Of a stretch of 64,000 bases of DNA, positions 1 to 11,888 are shown piece after piece. Positions within the stretch are counted from its first letter, which is position 1. Each line of letters starts with the position of its first letter. Position numbers and translations under genes: made by a program. The notes under the pieces are model-generated. The model saw nothing but the letters and a program-made list of their open reading frames with translations, had not been told where the DNA came from and did not search any database. The stretch comes from an uncultured Nitrososphaeraceae archaeon (GTDB lineage: Archaea; Thermoproteota; Nitrososphaeria; Nitrososphaerales; Nitrososphaeraceae), in contig CAWIMJ010000050.1 of NCBI GenBank assembly GCA_963837175.1, positions 160,001 through 224,000 on the forward strand, in the 5' to 3' direction.

Positions 1-439
1 CAGCAGACTGCCAAATTTTTCTAGCAGAAAGCAGGACAGTGGGTATTTTTTGATATTGTCTCGATAGAGTACTAATGTATGCCACCTAAGAAATGGCTGT
101 ATCGTAGAATGACTCAGGTTCAATTTATCAGAGATAATAATCAGGATAATTACTAGTTCTATTCATATCTGTGTTTGATGCTACATCTTATTATGAATAG
201 TCTGTGTATATGTTTTCCTCTTTATTAATATGTATTTGATAGCAATTAATAATGCATTACCACACTAAGGGAATCTAATGTCAAACTCCGTTTGATAGTA
301 TATCTTGACACACCTGTATTGGTGTTAAGTATTGTCTAATGGAATAAGGATTCTAAACAACACATTTCTCTATAGCATCCTATAGTCTATATAGATTATA
401 TAGAAACAAGACATAAGTGTCTTTGTATAACTATTATTA

Positions 440-673
440 ATGGTTTTTTCACCGTTGATAGACGCACCTAATGTTCGCATAGTACGGGTTCAACCACTTT
501 CTGACAAAATAAAAAATCTCCAAATAATATCCTGTGATGTATGTAGCGGGGAAAAAGCATCATATGACGTTTTTATGGAGGGCATAATTACTGGAATACC
601 ATTCTTGAAAAGATACTGCAAAAGTTGTCTTATCCCAGTAGTTAAAGATAATTACCAATTAAATTTGTTATAA
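440..673 (+). CDS. Small putative Zn-binding protein (CxxC...CxxC)
   Basis: 77-aa ATG ORF with CDVC and CKSC; its 3' end overlaps the pit 3' end by 32 nt. Confidence 0.55.
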   Translation: MVFSPLIDAPNVRIVRVQPLSDKIKNLQIISCDVCSGEKASYDVFMEGIITGIPFLKRYCKSCLIPVVKDNYQLNLL

Positions 674-1668
674 CTATTAAAACTAATGCTGACACTGCCG
701 CGCTAGCCGGTATAGTTATTATCCATGCATAAATTAGGTTTTTTCCTACTCCCCATCTAACCGCAGAAAACCTTTTTGTTGCCCCTACTCCCATTATTGC
801 TCCTGAAATAGCATGAGTAGTACTAACAGGAATTCCAAGCCAAGCCATAGATGCCAGGATTGCTCCACCTCCTGTTTCTGCGCAAAATCCTTGGTAAGGT
901 CGCAGGCTCGTTAACCGGAATGCCATCGTTTTCACGATTCTCCATCCACCAAAGAAAGTTCCTAGTGCAATTGCAGCTGCTGCTCCCAATATTACCCATA
1001 AAGGCACGACAAATGATTTTGAATCTATTAGTCCCCCTGCAATAAGCAGAGCTGTGATAATACCCATCGTTTTTTGTCCATCGTTGGCTCCATGTGTAAG
1101 GGAAAAGAAGATTGATGAGCCAATTTGCAATTTGCCAAATATTCTGTTAACTTTTGACGCTTTAGATTGTTGCAAATAATACATAAGAATTATTGCAAAA
1201 CCGAAAGCTACTGCGAAGCCAGCCATAGGCGATACAACCATGAACATTAAAGTTTTTTCAATTCCTGGGAACACTATGGCATTTAATCCACCCGCTATCA
1301 GTGCCGAACCAACAAGACCACCAATAAGAGCATGACTGCTTGAAGAAGGAAGTCCAAAATACCAGGTAATCAAATCCCATACAATTGCTCCTATCAACCC
1401 AGCAAGAATAACGTAAATTGTAGAAAACTCAGGTTGAATGATTCCCTTACCTACCGTCGCCGCTACAGCAGTTCCAAATATAAATGGTCCAGTAAAATTT
1501 GCAATGGCAGCTATACTTACTGCATAAACGGGCTTTAGCACTCTAGTTCCAACGACAGTCGCTATTGCATTTGCTGAATCATGAAATCCATTTACAAAAT
1601 CAAAAAATAGAGCTGCTCGCTATTGATCCCAAAATAATAAGAATCCCGAACTCCTCTGTCATATACAT
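642..1668 (-). CDS. pit: Inorganic phosphate transporter (PiT family), +1 frameshift near 1618
   Basis: Signatures NGFHDSANAIAT (upstream of the listed ORF start), LPSSSSHA, HGANDGQKTMG and PVSTTH. ATG at 1668 follows AGGTG and the DUF47 stop. Span 1027 nt = 3n+1. Confidence 0.9.
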
Positions 1669-1673
1669 CACCT

Positions 1674-2309
1674 TTAACCATACTTTAAGGCTATATCTTC
1701 AACAATGTCTGCAACCTCTTGACATCGATCAAGGGAACCTTCGAGTGTTTCGTAAATATCTTTTAATTTTATAATCTCTATTGCATTGTCTGTTTCAAAT
1801 AACTCTGCAATGGCAGTACGATAGATTTTATCTCCTTCATGTTCATATCTCTTTATGGTACGACAATGTTCAACTAACTCATTAGCGTTCTTTAACTTTC
1901 TAATTCGTGTCATTAAAACATAAATTTCCTGTGATGCTGAAAGCAGTATCTTTGCAAGTTCTAACATATAGGATGTAGGCTGTTGTATCTTGAATAGCAC
2001 AAACCTATCGGCTGTTCCATCAGTATAATTTAGAACTTCATCTATGGAGCTAGCAAGTCTAGAAATATCTTCGCGATCTAATGGAGTTACAAACGTCTGC
2101 GCTAGAATAGTATATAATTTATGAGCGATTTTATCTCCTTCGTGTTCGAGATCCTTTATCTTCGAATTACGTACTGCGACCATTTCATAATCAGTTACTA
2201 GTTCAAATAGAGATGATGTTGCCTTTACTAAATTTGCACCTTGATTTTCTAACACATCAATAATTGTTTTGTCATTTGCGCGTACCCATGAAAGCCAGCC
2301 CCTGGTCAT
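1674..2309 (-). CDS. DUF47 / PhoU-like phosphate transport regulator
   Basis: LEHEGD...TFVTPLDRED and second repeat YEHEGD...LEGSLDRC; directly upstream of pit. Confidence 0.9.
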   Translation of the reverse strand: MTRGWLSWVRANDKTIIDVLENQGANLVKATSSLFELVTDYEMVAVRNSKIKDLEHEGDKIAHKLYTILAQTFVTPLDREDISRLASSIDEVLNYTDGTADRFVLFKIQQPTSYMLELAKILLSASQEIYVLMTRIRKLKNANELVEHCRTIKRYEHEGDKIYRTAIAELFETDNAIEIIKLKDIYETLEGSLDRCQEVADIVEDIALKYG

Positions 2310-2831
2310 ACAATTTGCAGAATTCTACAGGAATATATTACATCCTATACAGGGTAAAGACATAACACTCTATTATTCCTCTTTCCAGGTTAACCAATCT
2401 ATCTATCTTTCGAGTAATGGAGAGGTATTATACTTTAAGCACTATCGGAGAAAAAATATTATTGCCACTACTATTATGTGAATGAAATTTTTCTTAATGA
2501 CAGTCTATATAAAGTTAATTGATTTTTAAATGACCAAAAGCCACAGCATTAAGCTTTAAAATTGAGTTAGAAATAAAGTCATAATACATGCTATTGCTGT
2601 AATTTATAATTTTATTATCTGAACAAAAAACAATAATTCAGAACTCCAACTCGGAGGTTATCAAATAATAATCAAAGGCGTAATCGCTTGTTTAGTCAAA
2701 TGTGATGTGATAATAAATCTAGGCATTAACGTTAATGAAAGAAAAAGCGAGACAAATTTTATATGCAACTAGTGTAAGAAAGGAAACTGTACGGAACAGT
2801 ATTACTTGCTCCAGAATAGCAGATGAAACGA

Positions 2832-3038
2832 CTAAATCTTTGTTTCAGACAGTCCCACACTCTTGTACAACATTCTCACGCATTCAGAGTATGTTCTGTA
2901 TTTGAATTTGATTTCATCTACAGGGATATCTTTGATTAAATGATCCTTTAGTGTATCGATTTTATATTTTTTAGCAATATCGTCGAGAATTGCATTTACC
3001 GTCGAATTTCGATAGGATTCAACAATCAGCTTGCTCAT
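2832..3038 (-). CDS. Hypothetical protein (68 aa)
   Basis: ATG ORF with protein-like composition in an otherwise empty region. Confidence 0.5.
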   Translation of the reverse strand: MSKLIVESYRNSTVNAILDDIAKKYKIDTLKDHLIKDIPVDEIKFKYRTYSECVRMLYKSVGLSETKI

Positions 3039-3619
3039 AACATAGAGTTAGACTACTTTAGTATTTATCAAATTGGTTAGACATCTATTGTATATTAGAT
3101 GTTAATCTTCTAATCCTATTTTATGCAGAAGTAGAGCCATTTACATTGGTATAACTTATTTTATTTATAAGCGAAATTTAGAAAAACGTTCTACAAGTGA
3201 CAGACAACATTACCTCTATAGTAACAGATTAAGACCAGAAGAGTTTTGTTAATTCATTTTTTTATAAAAGCACAAAGTCGTCTACCTCAATATCAGAGAT
3301 GGGTTCATTGAGCAATAGGCTTCAGTCGGTAAGTGTATAACAATTTTTTTCTTTTAGAAAATATATGTCTTGGTGTCTAGAAGGGAAAGAGATCTCCAAA
3401 GTTTTTAAATTATAGATTGACTGTAATCATCTATGAAAATATATATTGCATTATTGAATGAATAGAATATATATTTTGCAATTTAATTTAATTTACAATC
3501 TCTATTGACTAAGCCTTAGGTTTGATAGTTGTGATACCCTTTTTGAGTAACGAATGCGTCTTATCTGCTATCATAACAAAGACCAGAGCAAGCCAAGAGT
3601 TTTTTGATATTATTTTATT

Positions 3620-4646
3620 CTATTTCGAACTTAATGTCTTATTTTTATTACCAAATATTCCACTCCGTCTTTTTGATTCGGATTTTGGTAAAGCAAAAGA
3701 ATGAGGAATAATTGAAACTCTCTCTATCGTTGGAATTTTGGAACGAATTGCTATTTCTATTTCTATTGATAATAATTCTACATCATCTAATGGTTTGTTA
3801 CCGTCAACTTCCATATGTACCTCTGCTTGAGCGACCATTCCTGATGAACGCAAAAGCACTGATCTAACTCTAATGTGTTCATGTTTAAACCTTTCTTCGA
3901 CAAGTCTTTTAACAAGTTCTGTAATCTTCGGGTTCTGCCAAGCATCTACAAGAATTAATGATGATTGTTTGAGTGATATATAGGAGACAGAGAAGATATA
4001 TCCAGCTATTATCATGCCACCAATAGCATCCATTTGTAAAAAGCCAAATTGGCTCGCAATTAATATACTAAAAAAACCAATCACTGAAGCTGATCCATCT
4101 TTTATTGAATTCTTGGCGTCAGTTTTTAACGAGAGCAGATCATACTTGTTTGCAATAAGTCGCATTTGGAATGCCCTGTGTAAAGATATAGCAGGCAGCT
4201 GCTGCCAAAACCACCATTGTCAAAATAGGCTGATTTATCTCTCGTGGATGTACTAATGCATCATAAGAATGGTATAATATAATAAATCCAATGATAACCA
4301 TTCCAATTGCAGCCATCAACGCTGCAAAACTTTCAACCTTGCGGTAACCAAAATGAAATTTTTTGTCTGCAGGACGATGGGCAATACGAAGACCTAATAA
4401 TACAATAAATGAAATCATGGCATCTGATAGCGAGTCGGTGCCATCAGCAGTGGCCACAACACTGCCACTTAAATGTCCCATAATGAGCTCTACAATTCCA
4501 ATACCAATTAAAGTTACAACAGATATTTTGGCAATTTTTTGACCTGCTACAATTCCTTCATTTATAAGATTAGGAGAGGTTTCTTTTGGAGGCTCAGAAT
4601 CAGATCTATTCAGAGTGTTAGAATTTTTGCCGTCTATATCATCCAT
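3620..4646 (-). CDS. Cation diffusion facilitator (FieF-like) transporter, +1 frameshift near 4194
   Basis: N-half has SGSVVATADGTDSLSD and PADKKFHFGYRKVES. C-half has the remaining TM helices and the dimerisation domain. Removing one base gives AAAAISLHRAFQMRLIA. Confidence 0.85.
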
Positions 4647-5342
4647 TTTTATAGCGTAATTGAGATTTATCAAGTATGATATTTAAACTCATTCAATTTT
4701 CATTTTAAATCAAATATAAACACAATAATGAGGACTTTTATATAATAATAATAAAGTATAAAAAATTCTTTTATTATTTTATAACTAGTTAATGATGAAA
4801 GATCACATATTTTATCTTCACCTCAGCAAATAATACTAGTTTTCGATTAACAATATAGAATATGAATAATGCTATGCAACGTGTAGTCTATTTTCGCTTC
4901 TCCTTTGTTTGTTCGGCAGACTCGTTATTATCTCATTATATATAAAATGAATCGATAATTGGCAGTGTGCTCCACATACGCAATTTCAAATGTTGCAAAA
5001 TCATATAATAATTAGATCTTACTATGTATATATGAATCAGACTTAATTTCGTAGAATGTAAACGAGCTAACTTTCAAATGTGGATTTAATGATGCAACTA
5101 ACAACAATAATTACCGAAGCATCAAACGGTAATAGCAGTTGAGATCAAAAACTTGCCGCTTTTATCATTGTTTGTTAGTATTAATATTTTTATAATGATT
5201 ATATATGACCTATCTAGAAGAGTTATTAAAATGTGAATTTGCAATTCACGATGAATCGATATGCGTATGTAAGAACGTATGTGTGTTGACAGGATATAGT
5301 GTAAATTTATCATTTAGTTTTCAAGTCTTACAATTCTCCATT

Positions 5343-5744
5343 TTATTTTTCAGATGCAGCTTTCCTTAGTAGTAAAATTGTAATTTTATTTACTATGCTT
5401 TCAACACTAAGTGGCTTTTTTGCAAATTCGTCAGCACCGTAATCTAAAACTCTGGTTTTATCATTTTCATCTTCTGCAACTACACATATCTTGAGATTAG
5501 AATTGATCTTTTTAATTTTGACAATAAGCATCAAGGCCCTATCGGCGGCTATTTTGCCATTAATGCATATAGCGTCTACTTTACCTTCTAATGCATTCAA
5601 CCTATTTAGGCATTCTTCAGCAGTAAAAGCTTTGTATACGTCAAAACCATTTAATCGAAGTGTAGCGCTAAGAACTGAATTAACATCTTGATCGTCATCA
5701 ACGATTATTACCTTATGGTTATTTTGTTTTGATAATATTTTCAT
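5343..5744 (-). CDS. Single-domain response-regulator receiver, atypical
   Basis: VIIVDDD and GADEFAKKP receiver motifs; the phosphoacceptor position appears to be Asn (DAICING). Confidence 0.85.
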   Translation of the reverse strand: MKILSKQNNHKVIIVDDDQDVNSVLSATLRLNGFDVYKAFTAEECLNRLNALEGKVDAICINGKIAADRALMLIVKIKKINSNLKICVVAEDENDKTRVLDYGADEFAKKPLSVESIVNKITILLLRKAASEK

Positions 5745-6195
5745 TGTTATTGCTATTTTAACTGTTCATTGGGTCAGTTTATATGTTCTTACAATAGTCA
5801 GCTTTTTGCTACCTTTAAGAGAATAATCTAGACCTTATAAAGTACAGCTGATGAATATTTGCGCAGTTATTTATAAAATAATACTAAATTTTGTTCTCTT
5901 TATTCTACAGAATACTTCTACACAGACATTGTGAAAGCTTTTGTAATAACTGTTAAAAAAATTCTTTTACGGCAGAGCATTATTTTTTTAGGGAGAGAGA
6001 CAAATATGCATGACAAATATCTTAATATTAATCAGCTCTAAAAATAGAGAAAATGAATAACCAGTAATTGATCTCCACTATTTGAAGCATCATTGGTGAT
6101 AAATAAACGCCTACTATATTTAATCACACATGATTAACAAAACAAACCCTACCTAAGAATGAAATATTAATAGTTCTTGTTGCACTTTATGCATT

Positions 6196-6579
6196 ATGGG
6201 TAAGATATCTACTACAGTTGTCTTAACAGCACTTGCAGTTGGACTCATTTCTCTATCTATCGAGTCTACAGCAATCTTTGCACAGACTAGCACCGCCATC
6301 TCGATAGTTTCAGGAGCTTCAGCCCCTAACAATCCAAAATTCTATGACCCAACGCCAGCTAATGTAGCAGTTGGTACCACAGTCACATGGACAAACAACG
6401 ATGCTACTTTACACACAGTGTATTCAGGAACAAACGGGGCACCAGATGCCGGCAAAGCATTTCAATCTACATATATGGCTAAAGGGCAAACCTTCGAACA
6501 TAAATTTGATACTGCGGGAACTTTTGACTACTTTTGCACTTTGCATCCCTTCATGCTAGGAAAGGTAGTAGTAAGTTAG
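6196..6579 (+). CDS. Secreted blue (type 1) copper protein, plastocyanin/amicyanin-like
   Basis: Signal peptide; VTWTNND..HTV and YFCTLHPFM supply His/Cys/His/Met ligands. Confidence 0.92.
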   Translation: MGKISTTVVLTALAVGLISLSIESTAIFAQTSTAISIVSGASAPNNPKFYDPTPANVAVGTTVTWTNNDATLHTVYSGTNGAPDAGKAFQSTYMAKGQTFEHKFDTAGTFDYFCTLHPFMLGKVVVS

Positions 6580-6605
6580 ATGTAAACGCACATCATTTTT
6601 AGACA

Positions 6606-6622
6606 CTTTTTTTCCTTTTTTT
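6606..6622 (+). terminator. T-rich archaeal terminator candidate
   Basis: T7-CC-T7 tract about 30 nt after the cupredoxin stop. Confidence 0.45.
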
Positions 6623-7335
6623 ATGATCAGTATTGTAACAATTTTAAGGCTCATATTTTCAATGGGATAATTAAGAAGGTTAAAAGATATCGATTGAATT
6701 ATCTAGCAGCTTTATAGCATCTATTATCAAATTTTTGATCTTGAATTATCTTCATACATATATACGGAAGTAAGATGTTCGCACTTTTACCCTGATGCAG
6801 ATGGAAGCGTTATTAGTCCGTGTAATGTCATAAGAGTAATAGATATTAATTGTGCTTTCGAGACGATCATCAATTATGACAAGAGGTGTGAGTCGAAGAA
6901 GTTATATTTTTTAAGGCATTATGAGATTATGTCTAGATTTAACTAAAAATCCCCTTAATTTGTCTAACTCCAGTGAAGTAGTTGATAATGATCATTCTTT
7001 TCTTCAATGTATAAATAAACTAAACAATTCAAAACAATTACTCTAGGGATTTCAGATATCAAGAGCTGAAGATCTTAATGATGAATGTCAAACAGAATAA
7101 CTTGTATAGACATGGCCATTTCAAAATGTAATAGGATTTCATATTCCAACACAAAAAATGCAAACTTAATTAAATCACCAAAATAATAAGAATCAAATTA
7201 GTTCAGTATCGGTATTTCAAGCAAGAAGTATTACTATCATTAATCTTCTTTTTGATAGTTGTTATTATTGACTAATTAAACAAAAAAATAATAAAAAATA
7301 ATAAAGCCTCTACGACATTCTTACTGTTATCCGAG

Positions 7336-7656
7336 TTATTTTGTTGGTGTTGTCATATTCGGGTCAGTAGTAGTTTGTTCTTTTTGCAAATCTGCCAATC
7401 CCGTAGAATTATCATTCACAGCAGAAGAATTTGTGAGGTATTCAGAATTGCCTTTAGTGAGATTTTCAATGCTACCAGCAGTTTCAGTGCCAGATTGATT
7501 GCCTGTTGGATTCTGGGCTGCTCCAGTGGTATTTCCACCAGTGGCATTAGACGTTGTATTCGATTGTGCTAGTACTGATCCAAGTGATCCTATTGCTACT
7601 AGAGTGATTCCTAAAGCCATAGCTAAAGTAACGGCTATAAACAAGTGTTTCATCAT
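7336..7656 (-). CDS. Secreted low-complexity Thr/Asn/Ser-rich protein
   Basis: Signal peptide (..SVLAQ) followed by about 75 polar residues with 8 N-x-S/T sequons. Confidence 0.8.
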   Translation of the reverse strand: MMKHLFIAVTLAMALGITLVAIGSLGSVLAQSNTTSNATGGNTTGAAQNPTGNQSGTETAGSIENLTKGNSEYLTNSSAVNDNSTGLADLQKEQTTTDPNMTTPTK

Positions 7657-8185
7657 GAATCAGATGTGCTACAATTGACTTAACCCTTTCTGCTTTAAAA
7701 TATGAAGTTTGAATATCCATTCTTGATAAAAAAGAATAATTGACTAAAATGCTAAACTTCTGTAAATTGAGCTTCTAATGTTTGTCCGTCTCAAAAAGCA
7801 CAGGATATAAACACGTTAATATAAGAAAATAAAATAGAGTAAGAGATTAAATCATCACACGGACCTTTTATATATTGACTATCTTCTTAAAATCAGCCTA
7901 AATCCGTAAATACCATATTCTTTAAGTTGAAATATCTTTGATTTCGTTTCAATTATCAGTTTTCAGTGTTGGCAGTGTTGGTTATAAGAGGTGTTCAACA
8001 TCCTTTTAATAAATTTTAAGTGATATTTCAGTTGGACGAATTTCAGTTTTTTCTTCCATAAGTTAATCAGTGTCTTATTATGGCTATTCCTTTACAATAT
8101 CTATCTACAACTTATTATTTGGAAAACCTCGTCTCTTACTGGTTATAGGTGTAACTTTTTTTAATCTTTGTGTACTGTAAACTTT

Positions 8186-8437
8186 ATGGCAAAATCACCA
8201 ACAAAGGATCAAACAACAAAGCTAGAAAACTCTACCTTTAATATCCTAATAGCTCTTGGAAAAGAAGCTCAGTTTATGTATTCAACTATTGATACCTACA
8301 TAAGTGATGCTCAGAAAGACAACAATTCAGAATTGGAAAATACGTGGAATACTATAAAAGAAGATAGAAAAAGACATATGGATATGCTAAGAAAAGCTTT
8401 AGAAAAAGAAGCAAAAGAAGAAAAATTAAGTCAGTAA
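8186..8437 (+). CDS. Small helical, ferritin-like (half-ferritin) protein
   Basis: ATG at 8186; KEA...Y..DA...EDRKRHMDML pattern. Confidence 0.7.
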   Translation: MAKSPTKDQTTKLENSTFNILIALGKEAQFMYSTIDTYISDAQKDNNSELENTWNTIKEDRKRHMDMLRKALEKEAKEEKLSQ

Positions 8438-8743
8438 TGATATAGATACATTAATAAACTAATTGTATGTGGTGTTATTATTACTACAGAATACTTCTTA
8501 TTCTTTGAAATTATTTGTTAAGAATGCAGCTGGACTTAAGGATTATTGTTTTCATTAACAAAGTTACTAGAATAATGAAAATCATGGATGACAGAATATA
8601 TTTTGCACTTACAGACAAATAGAGACATAATAATATTACAATCTAAAAAGAATATTAAACAAGTCTTATTTAAATGCCCCAATATTTGATTGTGGGTTCT
8701 AAGCGGGAAGAAGTCTTATATTATATAAATAGCTAGATTAATT

Positions 8744-9046
8744 GTGCTATTACCAAAACATTGCTCCGTTAGAATAAATGGCAAGGATTGTTATATGTCA
8801 TCCTCTTACATTGTTTCTATAACATCTCTAACGGAAGAATATATGATAGGAGTAGTGTGCAATGATCATAAAAATGGATTAGAAGAACGCCTTAAAGTTA
8901 TGCAATTGACAGGTAATGTTCCCACCGGGAATATAAAAATTCAACCCGTCAAAATTGTATCAACTGATTGTATAAGGGGAACTGATGAAGATTTTTATGA
9001 AATATCTTCAAATCGAGATATTACCAATGTCAGGAAAGGTGTTTAA
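8744..9046 (+). CDS. Hypothetical Cys/His protein
   Basis: C..C..CxxH..C pattern; TATA-like TTATATA about 25 nt upstream of GTG. Confidence 0.65.
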   Translation: MLLPKHCSVRINGKDCYMSSSYIVSITSLTEEYMIGVVCNDHKNGLEERLKVMQLTGNVPTGNIKIQPVKIVSTDCIRGTDEDFYEISSNRDITNVRKGV

Positions 9047-9190
9047 ATTTAAATTAATTCCATAAAAACGATAACAATTATTGAGACACCTAAATGGAGA
9101 ATATTCAACATTTATCAAATAAAAATTAAATTACAAAAGTTAAATTGAAAGTGTCTAATCTTAGTTTTATATTAAAAATAGTTGGGAATC

Positions 9191-10216
9191 TTAATGTAAG
9201 ACATCGTTATCTTGCAGTTTTTTTATATATGGATTTACGAGGTACAATGGTTCTATACCGTTTAATACATTGAGCAAATTTTCAGCTGCTACTTTAGCCA
9301 TTTTAGAGCGGACTTGATACGTCGCACTACCAATGTGTGGTAGAATTATTGCATTCTTCATCATCAATAAGGGACTAGAAATGGATATTGGTTCTTTTTC
9401 ATAGACATCAAGAGCTACCCCTGCGATCCATTTATTTCTTAACGCTTTTATTAGATCCCTTTCATCGATTATTTGACCGCGTGAAGTATTAATTAAGAAT
9501 GCTGTTTTTTTCATTTTTCTCAAATTTGCTTCGTTAAAAAAATGAAAATTATCTTTGTTAAGAGTTGCATGTATTGATAAAAAATCGCTATCTTTTAGAA
9601 GTGTATTAATATCAACATAGTTGACAATAGGATTATTTAATTGATTAGTTATACGATTTCGGTTATGATATAATATTTTCATATTAAACCCCGTAGCTCT
9701 CCTCGCCACCGCGGCACCTATACTGCCTAATCCAAATATTCCTAATGTCATTCCGTTGACATCTGATCCTAAAAATAAGTTGGGCATCCATCCAAATCTC
9801 CATTGTTTTTTTCTAACAAATTTATCTGCTTCGACAACTCTACGTGCTATAGAAAGAATAAGGGCAAATGTTAGATCAGCTGTGGCCTCAGCAAGGATAT
9901 CTGATGTAAACGTAACATATATCCCTCTTCTATTTGCCTCTTCTATATCTATATGATCATAGCCTGTACTATAAGAGCTGATTACTTTAAGATTAGACCC
10001 TGCAGCATCCATAATTTCGCCATCTATTGTATCTGATAGCGTACACAGAATAGCATCCATATTGCGTATATTACTAAGGATCTCTTTTTTTGTAGGTGGA
10101 CTTGGCTTTTTATTCACCACTACATCACATTCTTTTGATAAGATTGAAATTGCTGGCTCCGGGATTGTTCTTGTAAGATAGACTTTTTTTTTCATAGATC
10201 CGTGCTTATACTTCAT
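9191..10216 (-). CDS. D-isomer-specific 2-hydroxyacid dehydrogenase (glyoxylate reductase-like)
   Basis: GIFGLGSIG Rossmann motif, LINTSRG, LDVYEKEP, PHIGSAT; start uncertain (10195-10252). Confidence 0.92.
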   Translation of the reverse strand: MKYKHGSMKKKVYLTRTIPEPAISILSKECDVVVNKKPSPPTKKEILSNIRNMDAILCTLSDTIDGEIMDAAGSNLKVISSYSTGYDHIDIEEANRRGIYVTFTSDILAEATADLTFALILSIARRVVEADKFVRKKQWRFGWMPNLFLGSDVNGMTLGIFGLGSIGAAVARRATGFNMKILYHNRNRITNQLNNPIVNYVDINTLLKDSDFLSIHATLNKDNFHFFNEANLRKMKKTAFLINTSRGQIIDERDLIKALRNKWIAGVALDVYEKEPISISSPLLMMKNAIILPHIGSATYQVRSKMAKVAAENLLNVLNGIEPLYLVNPYIKKLQDNDVLH

Positions 10217-10489
10217 GTTGATAATCGATTTATATACTGTATAGCCATTCACAATCGTTTTTTTGATAGTCTATGCTTTTTTGCATTATTCAGAAAAATC
10301 GTGGTTGCTAGATGGTTTCAGGATCAACTATGAATAGCTCAGACGTATATCTCTCATTTGGTTCAAGTTTTCCGAACTTAATTTACTAACATCAGATTCG
10401 TGCAACAAAGCAATAGTCTACGATCATAGACCATTTTAACATTTGATTTTTGCAACTACATCTATAATGCCGTTAAATTAATTACAGGC

Positions 10490-11206
10490 ATGTGTCCAAG
10501 CAAGGAACTCCCAATAGGCGTAAAAGAAACCGAAAGGGTGTCTTCAGAAAATAATGAATATTCAACATCCGATCAACTTTTTAATAATATCGTAGGATAT
10601 AATGACGTTAAAAAATTATTTAGATTGTCATTATCTTCTGAAAGGCCGGTGCATATTTTGCTAGTTGGCCCGCCTGCGTCTGCTAAGACTCTTTTTATGT
10701 TAGACTGCATTAAGCTAGAAAGATCATTTTTTACTCTAGGTAGCCACAGTACAAAGTCAGGAATGATCGATTATCTTTTCAAACAACGTCCTAGATACCT
10801 ACTTGTAGACGAGATAGAACATATGCCAATGAAAGATCAAACAGCTCTTTTGAGTTTGATGGAAACAGGAATTATAGCTGAAACAAAATATCAAAAGACT
10901 CGCAATACACAAATGAAAACATGGGTCTTTGCAACTAGCAATGGGACAGAACGTATGTTAACTCCATTGCTTTCTAGATTTATAGTACTACATTTTAAGC
11001 AATATAAGTATGAGAACTTCCGTGAAATCGCAGTTCATATACTTGCTCAAGAAGGAATATCATCTGAAATTGCCACTGCGTCTGCTGATGCGGTATGGCT
11101 AAAGATGAGATCCAAAGATATAAGAGATTGTATAAAAATCGGTCGTCTTGCAAAGATGAAGGAGGATGTTGATTGGATTGCAGGAACCTTGAAAAGCTAC
11201 AGATAG
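10490..11206 (+). CDS. Stand-alone AAA+ ATPase (RuvB/MCM-like core)
   Basis: HILLVGPPASAKT Walker A, LLVDEIE Walker B, ATSN sensor 1, PLLSRF arginine finger. Confidence 0.85.
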   Translation: MCPSKELPIGVKETERVSSENNEYSTSDQLFNNIVGYNDVKKLFRLSLSSERPVHILLVGPPASAKTLFMLDCIKLERSFFTLGSHSTKSGMIDYLFKQRPRYLLVDEIEHMPMKDQTALLSLMETGIIAETKYQKTRNTQMKTWVFATSNGTERMLTPLLSRFIVLHFKQYKYENFREIAVHILAQEGISSEIATASADAVWLKMRSKDIRDCIKIGRLAKMKEDVDWIAGTLKSYR

Positions 11207-11888
11207 CAAATGGCTATGTTTTTAATTAATTTAAGACAAATTGCTTCAGTATTAATACGCCACCTATATCAGTACATTTTTTACTTGTTCATGGTTATTT
11301 GAATAAAAATAATATACATCATATGCTTTCGAACCACCGATGTATAGCCTAAGCAGAATATTATATTTTAATTAATACTACAACCTCTTGCGTTCTAATG
11401 ATTAGTCTGTTATTATCAAAAATTGCTAAACTTTTCGGGGCGTTTATCTTATCCTTGATATTGTTTCTGTTTTTCTTGCTCTTTTATTTTCATAATAGTC
11501 ATACGCACAATATGTACACAGATGATCCTCTAAAAATTTCCCAATTTTATTTTCATTAAGGTTCTTCAATGACTTTTGTTATTTTTCATTGTCCGCAGAA
11601 AGTAGCAACTTGAGTTCATTCGAAATTAATGGTAATCAATGGCATTTGCTAAGCATATCATAAAATGAGATGATCATAGATTTATCAAAGCAGTATCTCA
11701 TCTGCTATATCATGAAGCATTCTGTTGTAGAATGCTCCCATTGTTTTCATTGGGTTTGCCGCTTTTTATTCTTCATGATATATATATTTGCTGATGAATA
11801 TTTATAACTCGAATTGCCTTTAATGTGGTATTTCAATACTCTACTAACGCATTGTTTATTTTACTTGAAGATGTCTTCAGAATAGCTT

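Noticed and set aside
5122-5313. Short AT-rich ORFs (5122-5313, 19988-20176, 40145-40405) and ORFs antisense to core genes
   Set aside because: Ile/Leu/Lys-biased composition expected from random AT-rich DNA, or overlap with well-supported genes
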